This document shows positions 1-9,492 of a stretch of DNA of 64,000 nucleotides, in pieces. Numbering within the stretch: the stretch's first letter is position 1; the number at the start of each line of letters is the position of its first letter. The notes under the pieces are model-generated. The model saw only the letters and a list, made by a program, of their open reading frames with translations. It did no database searches and had not been told where the DNA came from. Source of the DNA: an uncultured bacterium (GTDB lineage Bacteria; Zhuqueibacterota; QNDG01; CAYUAG01). The stretch spans positions 3,922-67,921 of the forward strand of contig CAYUAG010000004.1 of NCBI GenBank assembly GCA_964442615.1. The letters run 5' to 3'. The translations under genes were made by a program, and so were the position numbers.

Positions 1-940
1 CCATGTGTTCTACAGGATTGAATTTTTGATCTGCATGAATGCTTATGTTGATCTTCTGGGATTTCGAATCCTTTTGTTTAGTATAAATCTCTCCCTGAAA
101 ACTGTAACAAATGGTTCCATTATCAGCACTGGTTAAAAAACGGACTGGATGTTTATCATGAAAAGTAATTTGTTTTACATTATCTGGTTCGTTTAAGGGA
201 AAGCTGCAGACATTAAAACTACCGAAATGCTCACTAAGATAAAATATCATTTTATCCTCAGAACCAAAACCCGGATTTCTATCTTCTCCTTTAAAATTAG
301 TAAGTTTTGTATGCTTTCCTTTTACTTTATCATACATCCAGATATCTCTGGTCACAGAAGAAGTATGATGTTTACGCCATCTATCTTCATATCCTTTAAT
401 ATCGTGATAAATTATCTTTTGGCCACTTTTATCCATTTGTGCATATTCAGCAGGAGTAGTAAGTATTCTGTGAGTTCTTCCTCCTTTTGCAGATACTTTA
501 TACAGTTCAGTCAAAAGACCTATGGGATATTGAACATTCTGGGGATGATCCTGAATATGAGCTTTAAAAAGAATACTATTTCCATCAGGTGTGAAACTGA
601 AGGGATATTCATTTGCAGAATGAGTGGTTAATCTCAAAGCAGTACCTCCGGAAGAGGGAATAGTATAAACATCAAAATTACCAAACCGATTACTGGCAAA
701 AGCAATGGTATTCCCATCAGTAGACCATACTGGATAATAATCATGGGCTTCATGTATGGTTAAAAGTTTGGCATTTCCACCCTCTACTGGTACAGTATAA
801 AGATCTCCTTTATAGGAAAAAACAATGGTTTTACCATCCGGTGATATGGCAGGATACCGCATCCAGAGAGGTGAATCCCCACCTGTAACTATTGATAAGG
901 TTAATACCATAAACATAAAAACAATAATTCTTTTACTCAT
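1..940 (-). CDS. Tricorn-protease-like (S41 family) protein, N-terminal PD40/beta-propeller part; the gene runs off the left edge of the window
   Basis: Absent from the ORF track because there is no stop in the window. My translation of the reverse strand from ATG at 938-940 gives MSKRIIVFMFMVLTLSIVTGGDSPLWMRYPAISPDGKTIVFSYKGDLYTVPVE... This is a signal peptide followed by 'SPDGk.IaF...GdlY' PD40-type repeats. A GGAGGAAAAT Shine-Dalgarno (rc of 941-950) lies directly upstream. Confidence 0.7.
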   Translation of the reverse strand, partial: MSKRIIVFMFMVLTLSIVTGGDSPLWMRYPAISPDGKTIVFSYKGDLYTVPVEGGNAKLLTIHEAHDYYPVWSTDGNTIAFASNRFGNFDVYTIPSSGGTALRLTTHSANEYPFSFTPDGNSILFKAHIQDHPQNVQYPIGLLTELYKVSAKGGRTHRILTTPAEYAQMDKSGQKIIYHDIKGYEDRWRKHHTSSVTRDIWMYDKVKGKHTKLTNFKGEDRNPGFGSEDKMIFYLSEHFGSFNVCSFPLNEPDNVKQITFHDKHPVRFLTSADNGTICYSFQGEIYTKQKDSKSQKINISIHADQKFNPVEHM

Positions 941-1326
941 ATTTTCCTCCATGTTTATAATTTTTATTTTATTTTTTCAGTTTTATCAAAAGTAACAAAT
1001 AAATTATTTTCAGGAAAACTTTTACAGAAAAAATATTAATATCTATTTTCTTTACAGCTAACTTCTGCCCTCTATCTTAAATTCTTTTCAATTTAACTCC
1101 TTTACAACTTTCGGTGATAATATAATCCTTTAATAAGATATATATTTTTCATATAAAATATGTATACGAAAAAAATTGATAATTGATTCATAAATAAGGT
1201 AATGAAAATAATCGGAAAAGATAAAAAATTAAGCAGATAAATGAAACATAAATATCCTGGTACTGAGATAATTGCTTAAAATGAATCCATAATCCTTCTA
1301 TTATTCCATCATATCAATACTTTTTT

Positions 1327-2703
1327 CTATTTCACCGATACTCTACTGACAAGATACCGTAATGTTTCATCTTTGTTGGTGTTAGCAAATAGCAGTCCCG
1401 GTTTGTCAGTTTGGGGATCATGCACAGCCAGCTTCACATTATATTCACCTGTGGAAATATTCTCCGGAACAAAAATTGAAACAGTTTCTATCCAGGTGCC
1501 AGGAAGCCATTCCCGAATATCAATTCCTGTTTCCTGTTCTACAACAGTACTTCCCTGCTCATCAACAAAATAAATTACTACCGGCCACTGAAAGTAAAAA
1601 GGAGCTACCCCTTTATTTTCAATCTGAATATCAAACTCAAAATCATCTCCCTGGTTCACATCACCATCATGTTCAAAGCTCTGAATTACAAACCTATATC
1701 CTAGAGTTTTATGCAGTAATTCAAGATTCTCCCTGTGTTCTTCACTCTGGGGTTGAATTGCTCCTCCGGCTGTTCCCATAAAAGACCAGTGAGTCTGCTG
1801 TATAAAACTAAAATTAAGATCAAAACGTTGGGTGGTACCAGCTATGGCACCCTGCTCACTACCGCAAAACTCTCCGGTTATGATTGCTGTTTTCCAGATC
1901 CGGTCATTAAGAGTAGGATCGATTCTATTCAAACTTTCCAGATACCAGTTATTTGATTCAGCAGTACCCAAACAATCATTGCGAATACCGCCACTCAGAT
2001 CAGTAACATATTTAGTGGCAAAATCATCATCAAAGGCAATTACTTTTGGTTTAGTGGGAAAGGCCTGAAAATAATCCTCAAGAATGCTTTGCTTTGTCCC
2101 CTGAGTAGCAGCCAGACTATCATTGAGCCAGACATGCCATTCCCCCCAGAAACCGTAGGATCCAATATCTATCCAGGCTACTCGGGGATCTTGATCATAC
2201 CGACTGCCAAGAGCCATGATAAAATCATGATGGGCAGCAAGAAAGGTTGAATCATCCCAGTCAGGAGCCAGACCCTGATGTCCGTCAATAGAATATGGTC
2301 GCATTGCCACTCCCTGGTCAATCAGCCACTGGGGTGTGTCATCCTGTCCTGATCCAGGTATACAGGCAGCAATACGGAATCCGACTTTTTTTCCGGTCTT
2401 TTGGACATTACCCCAGTTCTGTTCCAGTCTTGCCCAATTATATACATATTGCTGAGGCTGAAGATCTCTCCAGGCAAAGGTAGCATATTGCAGTTTTTCA
2501 TTGAATATGGGATTAGTATCCCCTATCCAGGGAGCAAAACCTTTAAAAGGATTTTCCAGGGGATCATCAATTTCAACCAGTTCTATCTCTGCTAATTCTG
2601 CCGCAGTTGGGTTGTCTTTACAGGAAAAAAATCCTTTTAAAAATATACTAATTAGTAAAATCATAATTATAAAATAAATATTTTTTTTGTAATAAAATTT
2701 CAT
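1327..2703 (-). CDS. Exported lipoprotein, clan GH-A-like TIM-barrel glycosidase candidate with C-terminal beta-sandwich (DUF4874/DUF4832-like; 'GEWH' subfamily)
   Basis: 458-aa ORF. Lipobox ...GFFSC. 'FAWRDLQPQQYVYNW' resembles the W..lEP..G.y.w opening of GH42/GH35-type barrels. Contains the motif WIDIGSYGFWGEWHVW. The C-terminal 'WLPGTW..VSIFVPENISTGEYNVKLAVHDP' looks like an Ig-like domain. Paralogue of 13489-14946. Confidence 0.6.
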   Translation of the reverse strand: MKFYYKKNIYFIIMILLISIFLKGFFSCKDNPTAAELAEIELVEIDDPLENPFKGFAPWIGDTNPIFNEKLQYATFAWRDLQPQQYVYNWARLEQNWGNVQKTGKKVGFRIAACIPGSGQDDTPQWLIDQGVAMRPYSIDGHQGLAPDWDDSTFLAAHHDFIMALGSRYDQDPRVAWIDIGSYGFWGEWHVWLNDSLAATQGTKQSILEDYFQAFPTKPKVIAFDDDFATKYVTDLSGGIRNDCLGTAESNNWYLESLNRIDPTLNDRIWKTAIITGEFCGSEQGAIAGTTQRFDLNFSFIQQTHWSFMGTAGGAIQPQSEEHRENLELLHKTLGYRFVIQSFEHDGDVNQGDDFEFDIQIENKGVAPFYFQWPVVIYFVDEQGSTVVEQETGIDIREWLPGTWIETVSIFVPENISTGEYNVKLAVHDPQTDKPGLLFANTNKDETLRYLVSRVSVK

Positions 2704-2720
2704 GACACTACTTTCTTTTT

Positions 2721-4889
2721 TTATTTTAATGAAATGAGAGCTAATCCATAAATACTTTTCAAATCAAGAGAAAATGAAATCAGAGTTTTTCCATTCAGTT
2801 TGATTTTTTTAAAAGGAATTGATTCCATCTGGAAAAGAGAACCACTGAAGCGAACAGTAGTAATCTCTTTATTTTCAGGAATAAGAATCTGAAGATTCAA
2901 TTCCCCTGGCGGTGTAATAGTACCATCTACAGTTACATTATAATTAACCAGATGAACCAATAGCAGATTTTGAGCCTCATTATTCATTACAGTCATTTCA
3001 ACAAAGGGTGAGCCCTTTATTTGTGAATATCTTCTTTTCAGCACTGACACGACTCTATTGGTGGTTAAATCCAATATATTCCGTAATGCTGGATGAATGT
3101 TACCACGAGTATAGGCCTCAGGAATGTCCGGAAACACATCAAACATAGCAGGACCAAAGGTTGTTACTTTTCCCTTTTTATTTGCTCTGGTTAAAAAACC
3201 TGATTCAGGAATGGTAAGAGGAATATAATGGATAAATCCCTTTCCCCAGGATTTATGTACAGATGATTCTGGATAGGTCTCAGTTTCCAAAAGTGCAAGT
3301 AAAGGAACTTTGTCATACGGTACATTATACTGATTCTTGACTCCTGAAGATCCAAGTATCAATAATTCACCGCCTGATTTGACATATGAAATTAGAGTAT
3401 TCTGTAATTCCCTGCTGAGAAGCGGCAGATAGGGAAGGATAATCATATCCATTTTCTGCAGCTTCTTAGATTGAAAAAGATCACTCTCAACCAGCATTAT
3501 ATGCCCGATTCCCCGGTCAGCAAATATCCTGGAAAGACTGAAGGAAAAGCTAAGTTCATCAGCCAGATACTGGTTCAAGGAAGCTAAAATTCCAATATTA
3601 CTCTCTAAATGAGCACCGCTCAAATAAATTTCATTTTCAGCTAAAAACCGATGAATTTGAGTGGCACCTTTCGGGGTTTGCCGTTTTTCCCGGAATACAC
3701 AATGATTTGCTGCCGCCTCAGCTATATTGATTTGGGCCATTGCACTGAGAGCTTTTTCTGTGGGTTCGGGAAATATTGGTGGTGTAATTTCTATGGCATA
3801 TTCTATAACTGGCTTACTGTTGCAGGCTGCAGCTAAAAATTTCAGGGCAGGACTATTGGTAATTTTTACTCCTCTTATATCTTTTCTGGGAGCTGAATCT
3901 AAATATTCCTGTATTTCTGAGTAGATAAAATCATCAACTTTGCCTAACATTTCCATATTACCGGCTGCATCATAGGCAATAGGACCATATCCGAATCCAC
4001 CAAATACATTACCTGAGATCATAAATTGGGGATTAACTTCCCTGGCAGCTGTACGCAATTTTTGATGAAATTGAGCTACTGAATTACTCCTGAACTGCCG
4101 GAATTCCATCCAGAAGTTATCTCCTTTTTCTTGCGGTAGTTCCACAGCACTGTAATCAGATGAGGCATATTTTTTTTCAGCCATTTTCTTTGGTAAGTGT
4201 TTTTGTAAATAATCCCTGAATGCCTGAACACAGTATTTACAGTAACAGGTACTGCCTGCAATATGTGTCCAGTCAACATAGGATCCGTCTATACCGGTCT
4301 CAGCCTGCGCTCTGATCCGTCCTTCCATCATCCGTACATAATAGGGATTATTGGGACACCCCCAGGTTTCGAATCCCTGGTCTGTTTCCCGACCATAGGG
4401 GGCGTAACGATAATAGGGAAAGCTACTATCCGCATGAATAGTAATCCAGGTACTAGGATCCTCTGGGGGTTTGGGGCCGATATAATCTTCAAAATCATTC
4501 CAGCGGTTATGATAAAAATCTAGCAGGTGGATCTGATCCTTTTGCGGTTCCGAGGTTCGGGTCTCACTCTCACCGTTAAGAGAGGTGGAAAGATACCGCA
4601 GTACAATATACCCGCTGTCGTGATAAGTTTTATTGAAATCCTTAGCCTTTTCCATCTCCAGTTCAAATTCTTTTCTATCCACGTATTCAAAATTCGGCGC
4701 TCCGCTTCCAAAGGTGACGGTAAATCCGTTTTTCTCCAGAAACTGAAAATCAGACCGATGACCCAGCCTCCAGTGACCCCAATCAGTATTGGGTTCCCAG
4801 GAGGTATCAGATAATTTCCCGCATGAAAGTATTAAAATTAATATGCCTGCAGCACACAAAGAAAATGTCGAGCTTATGATACCTTTCAT
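2721..4889 (-). CDS. Exported lipoprotein with GH42-like architecture: TIM barrel with Cys cluster plus GATase1-like middle domain plus beta-sandwich
   Basis: 722-aa ORF. GGGAGG SD upstream; lipobox LILSCG. Cys178 (WGCPNN) plus C215-x-C217-x-x-C220 (STCYCKYCVQAFRDYL) resemble the GH42 zinc site. 'MIILPYLPLLSRELQNTLISYVKSGGELLILG' resembles the GH42 trimerisation/GATase1-like domain. Paralogue of 14985-17183. Confidence 0.55.
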   Translation of the reverse strand: MKGIISSTFSLCAAGILILILSCGKLSDTSWEPNTDWGHWRLGHRSDFQFLEKNGFTVTFGSGAPNFEYVDRKEFELEMEKAKDFNKTYHDSGYIVLRYLSTSLNGESETRTSEPQKDQIHLLDFYHNRWNDFEDYIGPKPPEDPSTWITIHADSSFPYYRYAPYGRETDQGFETWGCPNNPYYVRMMEGRIRAQAETGIDGSYVDWTHIAGSTCYCKYCVQAFRDYLQKHLPKKMAEKKYASSDYSAVELPQEKGDNFWMEFRQFRSNSVAQFHQKLRTAAREVNPQFMISGNVFGGFGYGPIAYDAAGNMEMLGKVDDFIYSEIQEYLDSAPRKDIRGVKITNSPALKFLAAACNSKPVIEYAIEITPPIFPEPTEKALSAMAQINIAEAAANHCVFREKRQTPKGATQIHRFLAENEIYLSGAHLESNIGILASLNQYLADELSFSFSLSRIFADRGIGHIMLVESDLFQSKKLQKMDMIILPYLPLLSRELQNTLISYVKSGGELLILGSSGVKNQYNVPYDKVPLLALLETETYPESSVHKSWGKGFIHYIPLTIPESGFLTRANKKGKVTTFGPAMFDVFPDIPEAYTRGNIHPALRNILDLTTNRVVSVLKRRYSQIKGSPFVEMTVMNNEAQNLLLVHLVNYNVTVDGTITPPGELNLQILIPENKEITTVRFSGSLFQMESIPFKKIKLNGKTLISFSLDLKSIYGLALISLK

Positions 4890-4951
4890 AAAAACCTCCC
4901 TTCTAAAGCTTTAAAAATTATATTAAAGAATGAATATCTTTACTAAACATG

Positions 4952-6247
4952 CTATTTTACTCCCATTTCCGGCAGCACATCCAACGCCTTTTGGGCTAAT
5001 TCCTTGGCTTTGACAGCGGCTGTGGCTACAAAAATTTTGCGGGAGGAATGAGGCATGAATCCTCGACCGTCGCTGTTCTCTGACAGCATTAATTGATGTC
5101 GGGCTTCCTCTAAAATTATCCGTGATTTGGACACATTAACTCCCATCTTTTCTGCAAAATCAACCAGGTGGGTTGCCATGGCAATCTCATCATTGGCCTG
5201 TTCCATAAGAATATTGAGTCGTTCCCGCCCTTCTCCCCGGAGCCAGGTATCAAAATCGGCATGTCCTGAAATATTTTCAGCATAAATCATCTTTTGGGGA
5301 GGATGTGTCTCAATATATTCCCCCATGGTCATAAATTTGGCATAGGGAAGACTCTCCAGCATGGTCAGTTTCTCATCCATCCACTGGATTGCCGGGAGAC
5401 TGGGAAGAGAATCTCCCCAGGAATAGGCGATATCCTCAGGAAGATGTTCACCCCAGGTGAGTTTGGATCCCGCACGTTCATTCAGAACATCAAAGGAGTG
5501 CAGGTAGATGACCTCAGCATCATCCTTAAAGGCCACCAAAAATTCATCAATGTTTTCCTGTTTCAACTTCTGGTACAAAGCGTCCAGACGCTCTTTTAAT
5601 TCTTCCACACTTCCCTGATCCAGAGAATTGGTACAGAGCACAACCTTAGCCTTGGTATTATTTATTCCCTCAATATAAGCAGTAGGAGGATATAAAAGTT
5701 TATCTTGGTATTCAGGAACAATTTCTTTATAAATTGAGACCCATTCTATACCTACTTCTTTCATGATCTGGGGTAAGCATACATCCCAGGATACCTCAGG
5801 TAGGAACAGACCCTTAGGACGGATGTCCCACACCTTCTGATCGGATTCCAGACCCCTCCGAAGCTGCTGGATAACATTATCATATGGAATCAGGGAAAGC
5901 ACAGGATGGGTATAGGTGTAGGTACCGATGTTATACTTACCCCTTTCATAGGACTTTTTTACCCTCTCTACAAAAGTTGGAAAATGTTCCTGCAGATATT
6001 CACTTGTATATCCGCTGAAGAAAAAATCTGCCTTAACCCGTTTATGTTTATCAAAAATATCAAGAAGCGGAATATGTCCTTGGGTAACCATAATATCGGT
6101 TTTGTCTACCGGAAACTCAGCAAAATTTAAATTGAAATTAAAATTATAGGTAAAATAAATTACCGGCTCACCGCTGTAAACCAGGGAAATACCTCCAGTC
6201 ATAATACATATTAAACCTTTAATAATACTATATTTATACATTTTCAT
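4952..6247 (-). CDS. GH57-like / polysaccharide-deacetylase-fold glycoside hydrolase candidate, secreted
   Basis: 431-aa ORF with AAGGAGA SD. 'GTYTYTHPVLSLIP' and 'PKGLFLPEVSWD' resemble the GH57 conserved regions (H-P-I-L-P-L and the G-x-W-x-x-E nucleophile region). N-terminal hydrophobic signal. Confidence 0.45.
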   Translation of the reverse strand: MKMYKYSIIKGLICIMTGGISLVYSGEPVIYFTYNFNFNLNFAEFPVDKTDIMVTQGHIPLLDIFDKHKRVKADFFFSGYTSEYLQEHFPTFVERVKKSYERGKYNIGTYTYTHPVLSLIPYDNVIQQLRRGLESDQKVWDIRPKGLFLPEVSWDVCLPQIMKEVGIEWVSIYKEIVPEYQDKLLYPPTAYIEGINNTKAKVVLCTNSLDQGSVEELKERLDALYQKLKQENIDEFLVAFKDDAEVIYLHSFDVLNERAGSKLTWGEHLPEDIAYSWGDSLPSLPAIQWMDEKLTMLESLPYAKFMTMGEYIETHPPQKMIYAENISGHADFDTWLRGEGRERLNILMEQANDEIAMATHLVDFAEKMGVNVSKSRIILEEARHQLMLSENSDGRGFMPHSSRKIFVATAAVKAKELAQKALDVLPEMGVK

Positions 6248-6403
6248 AAAATTTCTCCTTGTAATGAATTTATAAATGCCAAAATTTTTAGGTTTATTTT
6301 TATTGACCTTATTTATTATTGATCATTTTCTTGCTTATCTTCATTATTGGAATGAGTATTGTTATCAATATCGGTTTAATCATTAACTAAAGAGTACATG
6401 ATT

Positions 6404-7516
6404 TCAAATTCCAGGTATCCATTTTTCAATATTATATCTGAAAATCTTTGCAACTACATTTTTGTGCAATTTTAGACCTTGAAATTCACCTTCCAGTTCT
6501 GGTGCAGTCATAGTATCTTCAGTAACAAAATATCTCCATGCCGCCACCCATCTTTCATGCATGTGTTCCATTAACACATCAATATCACTGACTCCGCTGA
6601 CACTCAATCCGGAACCAAAATCTGAGCCATATAGAATTCTGTCCTGATATTTAATGATAAAATCCCGTACTCTGTCCCTATCCTGCTGACTTTGTACTTG
6701 CAGATGACAAATTCGTTCAGCAAGATCAACCGCCAGATTAGGAAATGCATCAAATCTTTCAGCCAACTCATCCACACTCCATTCCAGACTGGCAAGATGA
6801 CAGCCAATGAATTTTAAATCCGGATTTTTACGCAGCATTGCATCTCTGGCATCAATTATTTCCTGATAGGAAGAATATTCCGGATGTTTGTACATATGAT
6901 ATTCAGGATGCATTTTAAAATAAGCCTGATCGCTCTTAACAGTCATCTGTTCAATCGGGAGCCAGCAGTTTTTAGGCTCTCCGATATGCCCGAATAAAGG
7001 TATGTTGTGTTCTGCAAGATAGGAGAATATGGGATTAAATTTCGGATCATCTAGCATCACAAAATTACCTTCTTCATCCTTTGCAGTCATGCCGATATTC
7101 TTCCAGACTTTAACTGCAAGCGCACCTTTTTCAAATGAATCCTTTAAATAATCCAAAGTCTTCTCCTGCCAACGAGGATCATTAAATCCCTTCATACTGA
7201 ATGATGTCGCATAGTTTATTCTGTCTTTATATTTCTTCTTTAATTTGAGTACAATTTCCTGTTGTTCCGGAAGACTTACAAAATTTGGTACATCCGTATT
7301 AAGTGAAAATAGCCGGAAATTATCCTGCTTGGCTTGTTCCAGCCAGGCCGGATCATCTGTTCTCAAATGCATATGCGCATCAATTTTTTCAAATATTTTG
7401 AAATCTTCCATAGTAAAGGTATTATTCGAATCCCTACAATAAGAAAAAAACCCTAACAAAATAGCCATGCTGCTTATCAAAAAAAGTTTTCTAAAATTAT
7501 CTTTGCTCCATTTCAT
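6404..7516 (-). CDS. Exported Amidohydrolase_2-type metal-dependent hydrolase (TIM barrel), lipoprotein
   Basis: 370-aa ORF with AAGGAAG SD. Lipobox-like LGFFSYC. 'KIDAHMHL' H-x-H metal motif near the N-terminus and later 'ILYGSDFG' Asp motif. Paralogue of 7576-8643 and 28974-30071. Confidence 0.7.
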   Translation of the reverse strand: MKWSKDNFRKLFLISSMAILLGFFSYCRDSNNTFTMEDFKIFEKIDAHMHLRTDDPAWLEQAKQDNFRLFSLNTDVPNFVSLPEQQEIVLKLKKKYKDRINYATSFSMKGFNDPRWQEKTLDYLKDSFEKGALAVKVWKNIGMTAKDEEGNFVMLDDPKFNPIFSYLAEHNIPLFGHIGEPKNCWLPIEQMTVKSDQAYFKMHPEYHMYKHPEYSSYQEIIDARDAMLRKNPDLKFIGCHLASLEWSVDELAERFDAFPNLAVDLAERICHLQVQSQQDRDRVRDFIIKYQDRILYGSDFGSGLSVSGVSDIDVLMEHMHERWVAAWRYFVTEDTMTAPELEGEFQGLKLHKNVVAKIFRYNIEKWIPGI

Positions 7517-7575
7517 ATATTACTTCCTTTCACATATATTTAAATAACAAATATTGAGAGTAATCATCTCAATAA

Positions 7576-8643
7576 TCACTGTACATCATATCCCAATTCT
7601 AAAAGCTGCTCTTTTACATGAGGATATATTCTTGCAGCATTCTGATAATAAATTTTTTCCAATACATCACGGGGAAGCAAAAGTCCCTGAGTTGGATTCA
7701 TACTAAAAAAACCGCCTTCAACTCTTTCATCGGTTTCCAGTATTTTAAAAGTCCGGATATATTGTTCAGTACGGGATTCTGCTTCTTCAGGATTTTTAAA
7801 AGCACTGATATCTGTCCCGTATAGGATCCTGTCCACCCATTCAATCATAAATGCCCGGAGATTCTCACGATCCAGTAAATAATAATACTGAAAGGTAGCA
7901 GCGAGATCAACATTGAAATTGGGAAATGTTGCAAGCATGTTACGTAAATAATCAAGCTGTGCATCCTGACACACCAGCCAGTCACCATGTGCAGCAACTG
8001 CAATTAAATCAGGATGCCTTTCTAATACATGCCTCCAGGCAGTAATTTCTCTCCAGTATTCTATAGGATCTGAAAGCCATTTTGTACGGTTACCATATGG
8101 TCCATTGGGATCTGCAATATGTATCGATGCTGCAACCATGCCGATTCTTTCCATTTCTGCAAATGTAGGTTCATGCACCAAATTGTCTATGTACCGGAAT
8201 CCCTCCTCTCCTTCTTCAAGTTTCCGAAAATATGGACCTGCCCAAATCTTATATCCGATATAGCCCTTTTCAAGCCAGGTATGCAAATCTTTAGGCGGAT
8301 TATCAAGACCATCATGTGCAGAAAAATCTGATATACAGGGGAGCACCCGGCCTTTACTGACCTGCCGGGATTTATGTAAATCTGGAATCTGATTTTCACT
8401 TGTTCCAAGATCAATCCACATAGCAAGATCTGTATCATACGTATCCTGTAATATCTCTCGCATTTTTAAGAAATTCACCATACCGACACTATCACCACCG
8501 ATATGAGTGTGGACATCAATTCTGGGTATTTCCGGATATTTAGAATATTTCTGTGCATATATATTTGTAGATTTAATTGCTATCATAGATAATAAATAGA
8601 TAGCAATAATCAGTATGATGATAAAATTTTTCTTCTTTCGCAT
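7576..8643 (-). CDS. Exported Amidohydrolase_2-type metal-dependent hydrolase
   Basis: 355-aa ORF with AAGGAG SD. Sec-type signal (MRKKKNFIIILIIAIYLLSMIAIKSTNIYAQ). 'RIDVHTHIGGD' H-x-H motif and 'ILYGTDIS' motif. Confidence 0.7.
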   Translation of the reverse strand: MRKKKNFIIILIIAIYLLSMIAIKSTNIYAQKYSKYPEIPRIDVHTHIGGDSVGMVNFLKMREILQDTYDTDLAMWIDLGTSENQIPDLHKSRQVSKGRVLPCISDFSAHDGLDNPPKDLHTWLEKGYIGYKIWAGPYFRKLEEGEEGFRYIDNLVHEPTFAEMERIGMVAASIHIADPNGPYGNRTKWLSDPIEYWREITAWRHVLERHPDLIAVAAHGDWLVCQDAQLDYLRNMLATFPNFNVDLAATFQYYYLLDRENLRAFMIEWVDRILYGTDISAFKNPEEAESRTEQYIRTFKILETDERVEGGFFSMNPTQGLLLPRDVLEKIYYQNAARIYPHVKEQLLELGYDVQ

Positions 8644-8703
8644 TTTCGTACTCCTTATTTTTTAAGTTTTTTATGTGTAAAATATTTCTTTTTTTCAAAA
8701 AAA

Positions 8704-9447
8704 TTATTTACCAAATTTCAATAACCCAAATTTTCTAGGGACATGAAAATTGGATACAGTAGGAGACCAAGCATACCAGCTGGATTGATCATTCCGGTCT
8801 CTGTTTATGCGGTAATAATTGATTTTCCATTGAGTCTCTTCAAAGTTCAACTTTTCTGAATTACCCATTAGTTCTCTAAAAGGCACAGCAATCTCAACTG
8901 TCCATTTTTTATCTATATCGGCTTTATTGTTAAGCGTCCCCTCAATCTGTACAGCAGTCTGAATACCTGAGAGATTAAATTCTGCTGTCTGTGCTATATC
9001 AATATTTGCAGGCTTTTCAATATAGCTGTCAAACAGTACATTATAAGGGGAAACTTCGATTTCAATATATGTATCAGGATTATTATCTGTGTCAATGAAA
9101 ACCTCCACCACCTCCTGCTTCCAGAGACTTTCATCCCGTTCTGTGTAGTTGCTCCATATATCAGGATCATTACATTCGAACGCGATGTACAGATTTTGCC
9201 CGTCATGGCACGATTTGGTCCATGTTTTTATCGCTTCATCTTCAACTGACTTACCCGTTTTATTAGTTTTAAGCGTTAACGTTTCTGCGCGTTCCCAGAC
9301 AGATTCGTCCAGCACGCCATCGATGATAATGCTTTTATCGCATCGAGTTGCGATATACGTATAGTCTAAGTGAGTGTCCTTCCGCACACACTCAACAAAG
9401 AGAAGGCTAAGTAAAAAACAAATAACTACGATACAATTTATCCGCAT
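8704..9447 (-). CDS. Secreted CBM9-like carbohydrate-binding protein
   Basis: 247-aa ORF with GAAGGAG SD and a signal peptide. 'IIIDGVLDESVWERAE' is the typical CBM9/DOMON-like opening motif. No catalytic domain is apparent. Confidence 0.5.
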   Translation of the reverse strand: MRINCIVVICFLLSLLFVECVRKDTHLDYTYIATRCDKSIIIDGVLDESVWERAETLTLKTNKTGKSVEDEAIKTWTKSCHDGQNLYIAFECNDPDIWSNYTERDESLWKQEVVEVFIDTDNNPDTYIEIEVSPYNVLFDSYIEKPANIDIAQTAEFNLSGIQTAVQIEGTLNNKADIDKKWTVEIAVPFRELMGNSEKLNFEETQWKINYYRINRDRNDQSSWYAWSPTVSNFHVPRKFGLLKFGK

Positions 9448-9492
9448 AGTGGTACTCCTTCATACACCCTTTAAAAAGAGAATAAGCACTAA

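Noticed and set aside
227-631. 134-aa plus-strand ORF from the ORF track
   Set aside because: It lies entirely antisense within the well-supported tricorn-like gene. It has a low-complexity Ile/Phe/Ser-rich translation, no SD and no recognisable motif.
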